DNA of 61,476 bases, the filler included, from Platydemus manokwari (taxonomy: Eukaryota): assembly GCA_037951405.1 (NCBI GenBank). It is 6 parts of 6 records of this genome, joined end to end, with 100 filler letters (N's around TTAATTAATTAA, not from the genome) between each part and the next. Parts side by side here need not be neighbours in the genome. Positions count along the whole stretch, not along the records: positions 22,194 to 32,240 come from JBBMOY011174989.1; positions 32,341 to 41,812 come from JBBMOY011244207.1; 4 more parts are not named here. One strand, written 5' to 3'. Positions 25,291 through 39,442 of the stretch are shown one piece after another (within the stretch, counting starts at the first letter, position 1; the number at the start of each line of letters is the position of its first letter). Under the pieces are notes generated by a model. The model saw only the letters and a list, made by a program, of their open reading frames with translations. It searched no databases and was not told the origin of the DNA. Both the position numbers and the translations under genes were made by a program.

Positions 25291-28200
25291 TCTTCCCTTT
25301 TGGAATTCTAGTAACTTATTTATAAAAATCGATAGACTTCAATATTTAAAGTTATAGTCAAGTTCTTGTGATCTCAGAAACATAACTAAACTTTTTGTAA
25401 ATTTATATTCGAGTCAACCTGTGCAGCTTGAGTTTCTGTGATGTTTATCAACTTGAAACTGCATATATAAATAAATTATCGCGAATTCACGCTGTTTATT
25501 TACATACTTTAAACCACAAAACCCAACATATTGATACAATTTAGCGGACGTGAAGTTGTTGGATCTATTGCGTGTTCATCACACTATTATGACCATGATT
25601 CTGTCGATATAAAGAAATATGAGTTGAATTGAATTATAAAATAGCATTTTACTATCTAATAATAATCGAAGATTATCTTCATTTTTTCGTATAATATGAC
25701 GATCATACTAGCTTATTGAAAATCTCATTAACCAACAGGATTGTAATTGAGGGATAAGATACCTATAGTACAAAAATCCTGGTTTCCTGAATGACAGTGC
25801 TTAAAAGTTTGTTATCAGTGGTGGTGTTAAGATTGATTGTTTTGACGATTTCAATAAAATCATTGTTGATAACACAGTTTTCAAAATTTTGAACATTAGA
25901 GCGCAGTGCACACTGCAGAACCCGCTATTAATATCAAAAAAATAAGCTATGAAATGGATACTGATACATTTATGATTCTATAAAAATATTAGAGTGGACA
26001 TGACGTTTAATATAATCATCAAATTTCGTTCTCTTTATAATATCAGTGTTATGAAATTTCATTAATAAGATTATATTAGAGTGCTATTGGTCACCATTTG
26101 TTAATTTATCAATAATCATAATTACCTCTAACCACAGGGAACGTTTTAAATAATTTTTTATAATTATTTCATTAAAAATTCCATCATTAAATTTATATAT
26201 GGTTGAGTTTAACAGATTGGTTAAGTGAGCCTGACAAAAATGTACGTCAAACTCGAGACTCATTTGGTTCGTATTTTAAATAGTTATTCGTGTATTTTGA
26301 AGTCAATCAAAATTATCAGTTCACCGAATAGGAAAAGCATAGCTTGTGTCCAGATTATTTACTGCAGATGGTTGAATAATATCATTGAATCTCAATATCA
26401 GTGTGTGGTATTTTCATATTGTAGTTATAAATGTAAGCACATAGAAACAAGGTTCAGTCAAATAAATTCTACCAGATGGAACCCTTTCGAGATACGAATA
26501 TCGGTAGATTACCTTTTTTCCATTGGCAAGGATGTGCTGAGAAACTCTAGTAACGTTTAAAGGCTTAATGTAATATGTTTGACGACTAAAACAACTTTCT
26601 GATGCTACAAACTGTATTTGTATCTACTGAATGTGAGTATATTAGATCTAAAAATATTAAACAAAAAACCAATCCAGAAATTTTGCCTTTTATTTTATTC
26701 GATTCAAATATTCGCTGCTTTTCATTAGATTTCCAGCTGTTCGGAATTTATTATTGTTGAACGGTAATATGTGGATACATTGCGAATTAAATCGTCAGAA
26801 CACTTTATCAATATTTTCCACGGAACTTATATAGAAATCTCCTCCATCTATGAAATTGTATTTCGATGGCTTAAAATACGCGAGCTCCACGTATAATGAA
26901 ATATTATTTTATTCTGTGGAGAGAATAATTCAATGAAGTATTGATTATCATCGTTCGTTTAAAGGATTAATTTTTCATAAAATATCTTTCTTAATTTGTT
27001 ACTTAGACTGAAGCATGATTTTGCTCCTTGATTTCCTTAATACGTTCAGTGAAGTAAAGAAATAAACTTCATGTGTAATTTTTCCACATTTCTAATAAGT
27101 TCAATGAGAGATTAAATTGGTCAGTGATAATTAATTGATAGAACTTTTGATCAAATTCAGTGAAGAACTTGCGAGTTAAGTTATTAAAGAGATTAGCATC
27201 AATTAATTTTAATAAATTTAATTACTTTCATATAGTAACATGTTGAATCGATGGAATAAGTGTTTCCTTTCACTGTTCTTTAAATTTATATAACGAATCG
27301 AGAAACTTTTTCGATCTTAAAATGAAAAAGAAAGTGACTATCTAATTCTCCAGAAATAATAAAGAAAAAATTTCTTCGCTAAAATCCGAATCAGAAGCAA
27401 GAGATAGGGAAATTAAAAATACAAATATTTATTTAAAGATTATGGGGATTCTTTTTCTCTTATCCAGTTTTAATAAAAAAAAAGTTGAAAGAAACTTTTT
27501 TTAAAAAAATTATTAGAAAACTTATTTTTGGAATTATAATTTGATAGAAATCAATATAATAGTAAAAATTGAAAGACATAATGAGGGGTAATTTTACGTT
27601 TTTGGAGTTTAAAATTTTTCATAATTTGATAGAATTAGTAACACAATTCCAGTGAGTATTCGGAAAATTAATTTCTCTTCTAATTTGATTTTTCTGAAAT
27701 TAAGAGGGAATATTTGATTTTAATAAATAATAAAACCAATCAATGAAGATGGTTTCGAATTTGCTTTGAATCAGATAAAGAGGCTAAAATTTATTCGGGA
27801 ATGTTATGAGATTTATGATTATAAGGAACCAACTAACACTTCTATAATTAATACCAATAATTATTGATTAATTTTATTTATTTATTTTTGGAATTTGATT
27901 GGGTAAAATAAATTAAGCAAAAACCCTTATTGATTTAAAATTATTAACATATAATGTGATTCTTTTTTTAAAAACTGAGATTAAGACCTTGGGATACAGG
28001 ATTAAATTTGAAATTCGCATTTGAGTGTTATAATTTATCCCAGGATTTAATTTAAATAAATTACAATTAGCCCTCATAAAGAATGAGTCTTATTTTTTTT
28101 TACTGAAAAATATTAAAATTAATACATAATCCGTGTCTTATTATGTTCGAAAAATTTAGACAATGGAATGGTAAAAATATTGGTCGAGTCTTGTTTTTGA

Positions 28201-28389
28201 AATGATTTTTCAGGCTCAAAATCTCGTCCGTTATTCTGACTAAACGATACTTGAAGACTGAAATAGATATTTGCCAATTATCATTGAATCGAATTGGACT
28301 GAAGTATTGTTTTAAATTCATATGATAAAAATTTTCTTGTATTTTAAAAAGAAAAGCACAACCATTTATCTTCTGATTTAATTCATGAT

Positions 28390-28530
28390 TGCCCCCAAAG
28401 ACAATTTTCCTTTGAAATACTCATTGAAATCGAATATTTGAAAATCCAGTTCTAATGTTAATTTCATAAGCAGTTCAAAGCCGATAATTAATGTTTTCAC
28501 CAAGGACATCACCTGATGTTATCTGACAGC
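28390..28530 (-). mobile_element. Possible Helitron/Pif1 helicase fragment
   Basis: FKGKLSLGA loosely resembles the PFGGK.ILLGGD motif. A possible Rep-like MLFLFGE lies near 26320-26345 (-). Very degraded. Confidence 0.22.
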
Positions 28531-30838
28531 TAACAGATAATTAGATGCCTGCTACTAAAATGAATAAATAACAATGAGCAATATAATACTTTTATTAGTG
28601 ATTATATTGGGTGTTATAATCAACAATTAAGCCTGAAAATTATATTTACCGAAATGTTACAATCTCAATCACAATAGCTACAGTTAAACCTCTTTGATAA
28701 TCAATGATAGCCTATTACACAAGATGGGATCAGCACCAAAAAGTCAAACACAGAATAGAAAAACAACAAAAAGACTGGTTACTGAAAATCAAGAAAAGTT
28801 AACTGTTAAAAACCAGTTACCGACCAACGAAGACTGGTAATTAGTCATAGAATTCAACCTCTTTTATAAACCTATTAGATGTGCCTGCTTAATGGAGTCC
28901 TACTTTGATGTAAATACTAAAGAAGTATATGATTCTAAACTACAACAAATTCAAATCTTAGTTTTTGGAGTTTGCAAATAATATTTCTCAACTAATCTCC
29001 CATTGGAGATTGATGAGAATAAAATGATAATAAGAGCATTGTAAATAACTTGAAAATAATGAAGATTTCAATACGAAACGAATTTTGATCTTGGCTGAAT
29101 GTAAAAATGAAAATTGATCCTGACCGAGTTGCAGCGGTTAAATAAAAACGAATCCTAATGGTTTTTTGAATCTTTAAGAGAAAATCACGTAAATCCGAAA
29201 AGACGTTGATTGTGAGGAGAAATTTTGTTCAATTAACTGATGATTGTTTTGCTTTTATACAAGTTCAGATTGTAGGTGTTTGTAGGAGGTATTGCTCTTT
29301 TTACTTTATCTGTGGTAGTTCCCTTCGTTGCCACGGTGATTTCAGATTTAAATTCGAATAATCGAGTTTTTTATACTTATTTATAATTATGTCTTTTTTA
29401 TATGATTATTATATAATGTAACTGTATGTTTAATACTGTATCTATATGTATATCCAACAATGTATATTATTGAGCTAAAATCGAGAACTGATTCCTTATA
29501 TTTTACATTTTATGCACAATATTGTTTTCGTAAATTAAACAATAAAATTTTAATTTAACTTTGGTAGGTACATTTTTTGAATAGGTGTTTGTCGGTGAAA
29601 GATATTTTATTCGATTTCGTGAGACATTATTTCGAGGTGACATTATCCAAAATATTCTGGAATCAACTTCCAATGATTTATAGAAATAGAAATTGACGTA
29701 TCGTATTAATCATCAGATTTCATTAAGTTGTTTAACGAATTGTCTGAGTGGCAAATACCAGATATCATTAATACAATGTTGTCTGGAAACATGATGAGAT
29801 TGATTTTGGTGTCAGCATTTGTGAGGGAATCTTTAATAATTTTTTCTGGTGTTGAATTATAAATGAAAAAGTTCACAACTCAGAGAAAAGAAGAAATATT
29901 TTATCACAACGAAATATGAAGACACATGCTATTATCATTAATACTTCTTTCACTCACGTCTACTTGTTCTATATTTTATATTTTAAGCGTTAAGTGCAAG
30001 TCTAGAGACATCGAAATAAATAATAATACCAAATTTTGATAATGAATGGAATTTGTGAAAGGTTTTGTAAAATAGATGTTGGAAGAGTTCAAATCTTCTG
30101 GATATATATGATTGGTATTTGTATTTATCAAATATCATTCCTTAATAATACCAATGGTAATAATAATAAAAGTAGTAATAATAATAATTTTTTTATAATA
30201 ATAACAATAATAATAACGTGGATTATATACATAAAAACTATTAATGATCAAAATTAAAAATCAAAACTAACGCTGGAAATTTCTTTTAAAAATTGTAAAA
30301 ATTTGATTTTAGTGAAACGTAACTCCTTTACCAGTTTCCATTTGTGAATATCAGTGTAGAATTGGAATGATATCGATTTGTAAATTGTTTAAATGATTGC
30401 TATTATCGATTGTTTGACTCGTGATAGTAATAATAAAATTAATGATAATAATATCAATCCAAACGAACTATGTTAGTGACACTTCTTCTGATTGAAGAAA
30501 ACTGTCGTCGATAACCAATTATTAATTTTAACCGACTTGACTGCTAACATTAATAAAAGTTTGATAAAAATTAAATGAAAGAAGGTGATCTACTCCGATT
30601 AATCAATAATGTGAATGGCTCTTGTTTTAATTTTGTACAAACTAGAATGGTTAATATATCTTCAGATATTTATTGAATATTATGGTTTTGGAAAGAAAGT
30701 CTTGTCCAATAGAAACTAATATTTATTTAACCAATAAAGAAAATATGTAAATGGAGAAATATAAACAAAATATCATTCGTACGTAAATCTGAAATGTTGA
30801 AAATAGTCACCTTTAAGGTCCACAGACTTTTGATAACG

Positions 30839-31226
30839 TTATGGAAGTTGTTTTATGCCGTTTTCATAGAATTCCACAGGTTTGGAAGCGAAACACTTTT
30901 CCAAATAATAGTTAACCTGTTCAGCGGAGTTATACGTTTTCTCACGAAGTGAGATTTTCATAGAAGAAAACAAGTAATAGTCTGAAGGAGGAGGTCTGGG
31001 GAGTATTACCTTAAAACAGATCTCAGCAAGCTTATTTTGAGCTAAACGTGTCGTATGCGGTCGAGTTTTATCATGAAGGAAAAGCAACTTTTCAAAACTG
31101 TTTCCACACAACCGGTGCTTCTTTTCTCTAACATTTATATTGATTATATTTCCAATTTACATAATGTCTTTATTGTTTAAATAAATATTATTTTCTATCC
31201 GACAAGACTTTCGTTCCAATCCAATA
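30839..31226 (-). mobile_element. Mariner transposase C-terminal fragment with a candidate TIR
   Basis: LLFLHDKTRPHT (HDNARPH), PPSDYYLFSSMK (PSDYHLF), FYENGIKQLP. TIR-like TATTGGATTGGAACGAAAGT on the minus strand at ~31207-31226. Confidence 0.85.
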
Positions 31227-32240
31227 CAATAATGTCGAATTTAATCAGGTCTATTAAAGCGATATTAGCAATTAAAATAAACTAAAAAGTTTTACTAATG
31301 TTTAACGAATTTAAATTACTCGTAATCTATGGTAAATGATTAATGAGTTTTCAATTAGAGTCGTATTATCCTTGTTTAAATGAATTAATAACATCAATTA
31401 TTTAAAAATTCTTAAATTTTAAAACCTTACAAATTTATGAATGCTTAAATCGATAAATCTGGTTTGATTTTAAAAAGGCTTTTGCGAAGATCTTAAAAAA
31501 TTGTTTCCCAATCATTTTACTCTTTATTCAGATCCAAAATATACCATTTTAAATATAACTGCCCACAAATTGTTAATATATTTCTCAAACCATTCAAGAA
31601 CGAACTTCATAGATTTATTAACGTAATTACAAAATAACAATTACTCCCAAATTTTGTCGCTGAAGAAATTTCTAATCAAAGTGTATGTAAATAAAATCCA
31701 ACAAACAACTAATAAATCGACAAACAATTTTTCAGAAACACTTATGATTGGCTTAAATGAAATTAGTTTTGATTTCGAAATAACATTTGATCAAATAACA
31801 TATTGAAATGATAATATATATAGATTTTTGTGTGAATATTAGATTACATTCCATAATTTCAATAGATTATAATTAGAATTCTTTATAATATTATTATCAT
31901 TAATATCATTGTTGCGGTCGATATCAACTGGTGAAATTGAGCCAATTAAGGTGAGTAATTGATCATTGTTATTGATTTATTGGTAGATATGACTGATTTT
32001 AATTAATTTAAAAAATATCCTCACGTATCATCACATTAGCAATAATAATAATAATAGAAAAATAAATAATAAAATAATTACTTTCTTAATTAAAAAAATA
32101 ATTTTATATAATATTTTATATAAAAATATAATTACCGGCTAATAATTTCATTATAAAATGACAATTATGAAATACAAGCTAATAAATAGTCTGATGATTA
32201 TCAAATTCCTAATAATTAATGTCATATAATCTGATATATT

Positions 32241-32340
32241 NNNNNNNNNNNNNNNNNNNNNNNNNNNNNNNNNNNNNNNNNNNNTTAATTAATTAANNNN
32301 NNNNNNNNNNNNNNNNNNNNNNNNNNNNNNNNNNNNNNNN
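32241..32340. other. Assembly spacer 44N-TTAATTAATTAA-44N
   Basis: Same structure as the other spacers; followed by (TAA)n at 32341-32410. Confidence 0.97.
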
Positions 32341-32410
<70 letters not shown>

Positions 32411-32446
32411 CAAATATTTGTTAAATTTCGTTGAGACTTATCTAAC

Positions 32447-35400
32447 CTTGAACCGGCTTTGGCGAAATACAAATCAGATGTCTCCAACTGTGTCGTTTTC
32501 GAATCGACTGTTATGATTGCATTTCCTTTCTGAAAATTTAAACAAAAATTGGAATCAAGTTGATGGGTTTAAAAAAGACGAATTATCTCATCAAGTAAAA
32601 ATATTTTCAAATAAAATTACAATTTTTCTAGTAAAAGGAACGGAATGGTAAAACAAATTCAGTAATTGAACAGTATGGAACACCGTTGTAATATCTAATT
32701 TTCTTCTGTGTGTAGTAATCATTGACAGAATCCCTACACTTATTTTGTATCTCAATCATCATTTATTAATATAATAAAGAATTGATTTTATGTTACAACC
32801 AGCACTAACAACCAATAGTTGTTTTCATCTTCAATGAACAATGTAATATTGTGGTAATGTATTATATTACTTACATAAGTCCAAAAAATAGTATCCAGTT
32901 CATCCTCCTGGAAATCCAATTGACAATTGCTCAGAATTTGTATCTAAATAAAAATATTTTTTGACAATTAATAATATGCAATCGATTATAAAACAATAAT
33001 ATTTACAAAAGAATTATTATCATTTATTACTTCTTGTTTAACTAGATCGCTTAACCTCGATAAATGACATGAAATAATGACTTACTTTTGATTTGTAAGC
33101 GTTTGAATAAATATTTACACAGCCTTGTGATTGGATGGATTTTTCGTGTGTGTTAATGAAATGTTGCAAAGATATTGGATGAATCAATTCCAAATTTTCT
33201 TGATTTATAATTGGAGCCTTTTCAGAAATTGAACATCTTCTCTCGGAAATATCTTTTAAAGCTTGCAAGGCAACGTCTCGAAGTTGATTCTCCAAATCGT
33301 GGACTTTGAAATAAGTATCGTGTTTTAATTTTGTAGTTGGTTCTTCGAAAAATCTGAAATAATCATATTATTTTTGTTTCTCCTGATTTTTTGTAATCAT
33401 CACTGCACATCATGTTGCAGTTTTCTGATATTCACGGAGCATAATTTATAAAGAAAACTCGGGTTGAAGTTAAAAAAAAGGGTCTAAAAATGAAATTTTA
33501 AATTTGATGAGTGTAATGCAAATTCTATATAGTTTATTTAATTATATTCTTTAAAAACATTTTGAATCTTTCATTCAAGTTCTTAAGAAAATTTTTAGTT
33601 GTTTGAAATCAAATATTAAATACACTAGAGCTTCAAAATCTCCTAAAATATGATTATTTAAAAAAATGAAAAAAGTAGGTTGAATTGTAATTTATTGAAA
33701 ATTAGCGATGACCCCTTTTTTACATTAGAAGCAAATTACTAGATATTCTCAAATTTTACCATTATTTTATAAAAATAAGCAATGATATTATTAGATGTGT
33801 CTAGTTAACTAACTCGATTTATAATTATAAAAATTTAAATTTAAAAACTCAAATAATCATATAGATGTTCTGTGATTAAAAAAGGAACTTGGCTTTAAAA
33901 ATATGTTTTGTCACTATTAAACATCTTAAAAAATGAGATATAAACTGAATTATACGAATAAATTATCCCATGCACGAAATTACTACTTTGATTGATTTTA
34001 TGTGGTTTTTATGTTGAAAGAAGTTTATTGCCTATTTAAAATTTTATTGGATACAATTATTAAGTTTCATTATTAAAATACTATTGATTGATTAGTTCAG
34101 ATATTGATTTTATAAATAAATCTAATTTCATTAAATATATAATTTGAATATCATATATAAATGCCAATGTGGGTGTTTTCTGACATGACGTAGAAATAAT
34201 GGAGCTATTATATAAATAATATTTCTTATGATTATCATAAATTTTTCTGTTTTTCGTTATAATCAATATTATATCTATATCTATAGCAAGTTTGAAAATA
34301 ATTTCTCAGCCAAAGCTGGAAAACACACACATTGTACATATTTTGTTTTGAAAATAATACTGTGTTACATATAATGAACTGTGGAGTTGTTTATGAAGAA
34401 ATCTTTAATTCTTATGATAAAATGTGAAAGATAAATTAAAAGATTAACTTATTGGTATAGCAATGAGTCAGCGAGTATATTATGTTTTGACAATATTTTT
34501 TCATATCTCTACATAGAAATTATTTATTACAAATCTTTACAAGTTATTAAATTCAAAATTCTAACAGTAATCCATCAATATCACTTTCCATGTTTCGTTG
34601 GCGTTCTATTACAAAACCCAATGTGTTGGCTGGTCTTCTTGGAGAATGATAAATTCTTGGTGGTAGCACAAAAATCTGTATTGATTTTAAACTTCCATAA
34701 CAACATTAATAGTCCCATTACCTCACCTTCCTTGATTATGATATCCTTGTATTGCCCATCCTCAATTATTTTCAAGTTCATATCTCCTTTTATCATATAA
34801 AATATCTGAAAAAATATAAAATAACTCGCAAACCCATTTGTAGACGGTTATAATCAATAGTAATAACAAAAATGATGTATTTTTAGAGATTAGACAAGAA
34901 TCAGTTTGTTGTCATCTTCGATTAATGGTGAAAATAATCCATAACAAGTAATACAGTTTTTCAAGGTACTGATTTAGAAAAATCAGAATTTTAAAAAGAC
35001 TATTAACGTTATTGATTATACTGGTAAATTATTGAAGTTATAAAATAAATAAACGGAAAACTAAATGGAAATAGTATATTTGAGATAAAACATTATTTGG
35101 TGGATATGGGAGGATACAATTCACATTTCAAGATATGTTTTGTGAAAGAAACTTGGTGCAGAAATAGATATGAGACAATCATTGTAATAACCCAGTAAAT
35201 CTATTGTAAATCAAATCACTAATAGTACAATAAGCTAAACTAACTCTCACCTGAAGTTAAAAAAAAATCTGTCAAATTCTACGTCAATGATCTATAGAAG
35301 AAGAATTATAAGGTGAATACCTGAAACAACCCCAATAGAAAATACCAATCTAAATCTGAGATCCAAGAATAAATCTCAAAAAAATTAATAAAAAAAATAA

Positions 35401-38400
35401 GGAAATCAATTTTCATTTCATTGGTCATCAAGAACAACGAATTAGATATCATAGTCTTCGCCTGTGTATCAAATCAAAAATATAACCATCAATAATATAA
35501 CCTGTGAAGTCCACATTTATATAAATGAACTTTTACTATCTTATTTAGGTTATACCTGCACAACAACAGCATATTCTAGGCACTAATCGATAGGACAAAA
35601 TCATACATTAATAATGTATAAGAAATTATTCGTTTTTAAAATTGCTTAAAATATTTACTACAAGAACAATACGAAAATCGCACCGCTGCAAAAGCCGCAT
35701 CAAACTAGCATGTAGTGTGTTTCAAGTGAAGGTCAAATATATGTTCGATATGCCGAAAATAATTTCGAAGATTAATGCAAAATATACGAACAAATACACG
35801 AAGAATCTTCAAAAAGTGAAAGAGAATAAACTCCGTCACCTCAGAAATAACCTATCAGAAAAAATTCTTGTAAAAGTCGGAATGATCAGATAATTTTAAA
35901 AAGTTGCTGCCATACCCATGGAATGTTTACATCTTACGTTTGATTTTTATATCACAAAATCCTTTTAAGTGTTCACAAGGATATCGTTTTGGATCTTTAA
36001 AAATGTCAAGAAAGATGTGCGATCGAAAAACCAACGGAATTCATTTTGAGGTTTCAAGATAATCTAAGAGATAGTTTCTAATCTTTTCTACAAAGATATC
36101 ATCTGGCATCCTCGCTTATAGGTGTTGATTTGCAGACATTAAATTCGAATAATAGATTATGGTAAGCAGTCACCAACGAAATTCATAGCAACACGGATTA
36201 ATGGAGCAGCGGCTACATTGAATAAAGAGAAACGTTGAATGTCGTTTAATTATTAGATGCAGGTTAGGTGTTTCTTGATACTATCAAGGATGTAAATCAA
36301 TAAAGACAATAACCAATCTGATATTTATCCTCATAGTAAATACCTTGTATGTACAAATTAAATAAAATCAATATTTAAAAATAACAACATGGTTTGACAT
36401 TATAATTCTTACTTCTTCTCCATTTTCTATATGAAAATCTACTCGCTGATTTTGTCCGGCAATAAAGAAGACAACCAGTTGATTATTGAACCTGAAATGA
36501 TGAGAAGTCGATTGTAAAAGACGTTCATAAATTATAAAATAATATATTTGCTAATACAGTGTAACTGGGGTTACTGATTGGAGGGGGGGGTAAAGTAGGG
36601 CATATTTTGATTACAAATTAGCAATGATCATTCTCTCCAAAATTTCTTGAAACATTTTTCAGTTACTATAGGAACTTGAAATTTTAAATACATTTTGATC
36701 GTCTTAGAATTGTCACTAGTAACGTTAAATTCCAATGTACATTTTTTAAAAAATACAAGAGTTATGATGACTCGCTCATTAAATTATTGATGATACAATT
36801 GAATAGTCGATCGATTTTATAGGTTATGAATTACTTTCAATTCATCAGTATTGGATATCATCTAGAATATATGATTTCATAATTTTATCTTCGATATATT
36901 AAATGCAATGTAGTTTATCAACTCATGTTCCCGATCATAGAAACGACATTGGTAATAATTTGACAGTCTTCTGATCTAACCCTTTTTATTTGCAGTAATT
37001 GAACTTGTGCAAATCGATTTTAATCATTTATTGATTAATATGTCAGAATAATTAAAGTTTTTAATACGAATTAGACACCATCAGAATGAAGTCCAAATAA
37101 TCTAGATATAAATCACAATGCCCAGACAAGAGAATAAGTTGTCATAAGAAACAGTGCCAAGATTGGTCCAGGTAAAAACGAAGCTATAGGAAAGTTTAAA
37201 TAAATTAAATATATAAAAAATTCAGAAGCTTCTTATTATACGAAATTTATTAAGGAATACTGATAGAAATCAAGAGCATTGACAGAGTGATATTGTATAA
37301 AGAGTAAAAAAGTAATTTTGAACAAATTATATGACACGGAAATCCAATAGAAGAGTAAATCCCAGATAGAAGCACCATTTCTAACCGTTCCTCACTTTAG
37401 CAAATAATTTTTATCACTTACAAATTAAATTTTTAATAAAATAGAGATAGTATTATAAAAAAGGCAGCTAAGGAAAAGAACTAATAATCGTGTATGAATA
37501 CCACTCGATATACAAACATGATGAAAGAATTGTCAGCTATGTATTACTTCTGACAACAATTGTATGGTAAAAAGTAAATACTTAGAACAAATGATAAAGT
37601 AATTACATTCATGCTTAAAACAACACCAAAGTATCAAACAGGCAATGAACTGTTTAAGCAGTCAATGTATAATCATGGTCTTCAGAAAAGATATTAATAA
37701 TGGAGCCGCTGATGTGGTCTCGAGGAACAAGTGATAGTCATATCTGTAGTGTTTAAATAAACATGAACATATAAGCACTGGAAGAATGAAAACCAGATTA
37801 TTAGCAATATTGACATTGAACAAAGAGAAAGCGTGGTAAGCGAACAATGAATAAGTAGAAAAGATGAAAAATGCTGTAAGTCAAATACAGCTGGTAACCA
37901 GGAACTTGGTGGAGATAAAATAAAAATGAAAATACAACAATTCAAAATGAGACAATTAATAGATAAAGCCCACAAAGTAATATATCACGTAGGAATACAG
38001 AAACTTATACAGCATACAGGAGAAAACTTCATCATAAAAGATCTAGTTAAGGAATTTTCAAGGACGTTAAGAAAGAGCTGAGACCATTATAGGCAAGAGA
38101 GTTTTTTGAAAAACTTTTATCGGTATCTGTAAAGCTTAGAAAGAAACAGCAACAATGGAAAATCATGGGGTGTGCATGCATACATTTACGTGTATATATA
38201 ACCCTACTAAGCAAATAAAACAATGAAACTATAGACAAAATGATTAAAAACCAATGTCTTTTGAATGACGACTTAATCAAAGAAATACGTGTAGATTGTG
38301 GAAGATATTTTAACGCACAAAAATTAAGGACAACCCTTTAAGATCTGACTGGATCCTAATATTCTTATCCTTATATTATCATAATGAAAAGGTATAATTG

Positions 38401-39442
38401 AAATACAATTCCGAACGATTAAGAACTAAATAAATCCTATATTAAAGGATGGGCAGCACACAAATTGGTTTACAATTCTAATGGAATATACGATTGTGAT
38501 AAGCCAAGTTGTGGTATTATTCTTGAATAAGATAGATACATCACAGAGACACCCGAACAATAAATTGAGTAGAAAAGAAATAATGAGAAACACTGAAAAA
38601 ACAAAAGAAGGGAGCACTAGTATCAACAAAAAATGAATTCAAGAAAGAAAACAGAGTATAGACAAAGAAGGAAATACGGAATAAAGATCAAGTACGATAC
38701 GAAAGATCAAATAAGGTGATGAGGAAGAACCATAAAAGAAACTGTCGATTACAGAATGAATAAGACACAGTCAAAACAAAGATCATTTAGAAAATCAAAG
38801 ATTTCAAATAATGGAAAATCAAAGGTGATTAAAATTCGATGTAAAAATAATTAAAGATTAAAAATGTTAAAAATTATTTTAAAAATTTATAAAATTTTAA
38901 AATAATATCCTGAATTAAAATCAAAACAAAGCACACAAAAATAGTTTAAGTAATGTGTATTAAAAAATACAATTTTTGTTTCTGAAATTGACGACCAAGA
39001 AATAATTGCTACCAATGACTATTTTGAGGAATTACATTTTTATTAATATTTTTCTACTTATCATCAAATCTTATCTACTATTTGAGTCGTTTTCTTCTAT
39101 GGATCTCTACATCGGTTCGCTTATCTATGAATACAGCTGCCATTGGAGATCCATAAATATTATTGCGAAACAACCTGAGTAACTCCTCGAAATATTCTTT
39201 TTAATATCCGTTAATGTTACGAATCTATACCTTTATAATTTTTTCATTGGTGAATCTGAACTAATGGGCATTTTTAATATATTCACTCATCACGATTCCA
39301 CAATCACAATTAAAGTATGAGAGCTTATTGTTGTAATCCGAAAAACTTACATAATCTTGTTACAAATCGGTGGCATGAAATGATCCTTTTGTTCGATAAG
39401 CCATTTGTCAATATTGTAGTGGACTTCATTGTTCATATCCAT
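32447..39442 (-). CDS. HAAO: 3-hydroxyanthranilate 3,4-dioxygenase; 7 exons, terminal exon missing at the contig edge
   Basis: Exons 39351-39442, 36413-36491, 34722-34805, 34566-34675, 33086-33353, 32875-32943, 32447-32529, all phase-compatible. Translation includes WLIEQKDHFMPPICNKIM, GQNQRVDFHIENGEE, IFYMIKGDMNLKIIE, IKEGEIFVLPPRIYHSPRR, GFVIER. The Fe ligands His/Glu/His are intact. Confidence 0.95.
33460..33980. repeat. Copy 1 of a ~550-bp interspersed non-autonomous DNA element (HAAO intron)
   Basis: Colinear with 44551-45105; shared blocks include CATTAGAAGCAAATTA, TAACTAACTCGATTTATAATT and ATGTTTTGTCACTATTA. Confidence 0.85.
37100..38560 (+). mobile_element. Degenerate Ty3/gypsy pol (RNaseH-integrase) in HAAO intron 1, antisense to HAAO
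   Basis: KELIIV; DKAHKVIYHVGIQK (HHCC His pair); IRVDCGRYF (catalytic D); SYPY..H and IEIQFRTIK (cf. SPYH...NG..ER.FRTI). Many stops. Confidence 0.65.

Noticed and set aside
29276-29335. VFVGGIALFTLS as a downstream TMBIM4 exon
   Set aside because: Only superficial similarity; the QSK.DF motif and the other TMBIM4 exons are missing.
37662-38629. Hydrophobic minus-strand ORFs that look like membrane proteins
   Set aside because: Antisense reading of the A-rich gypsy pol remnant.
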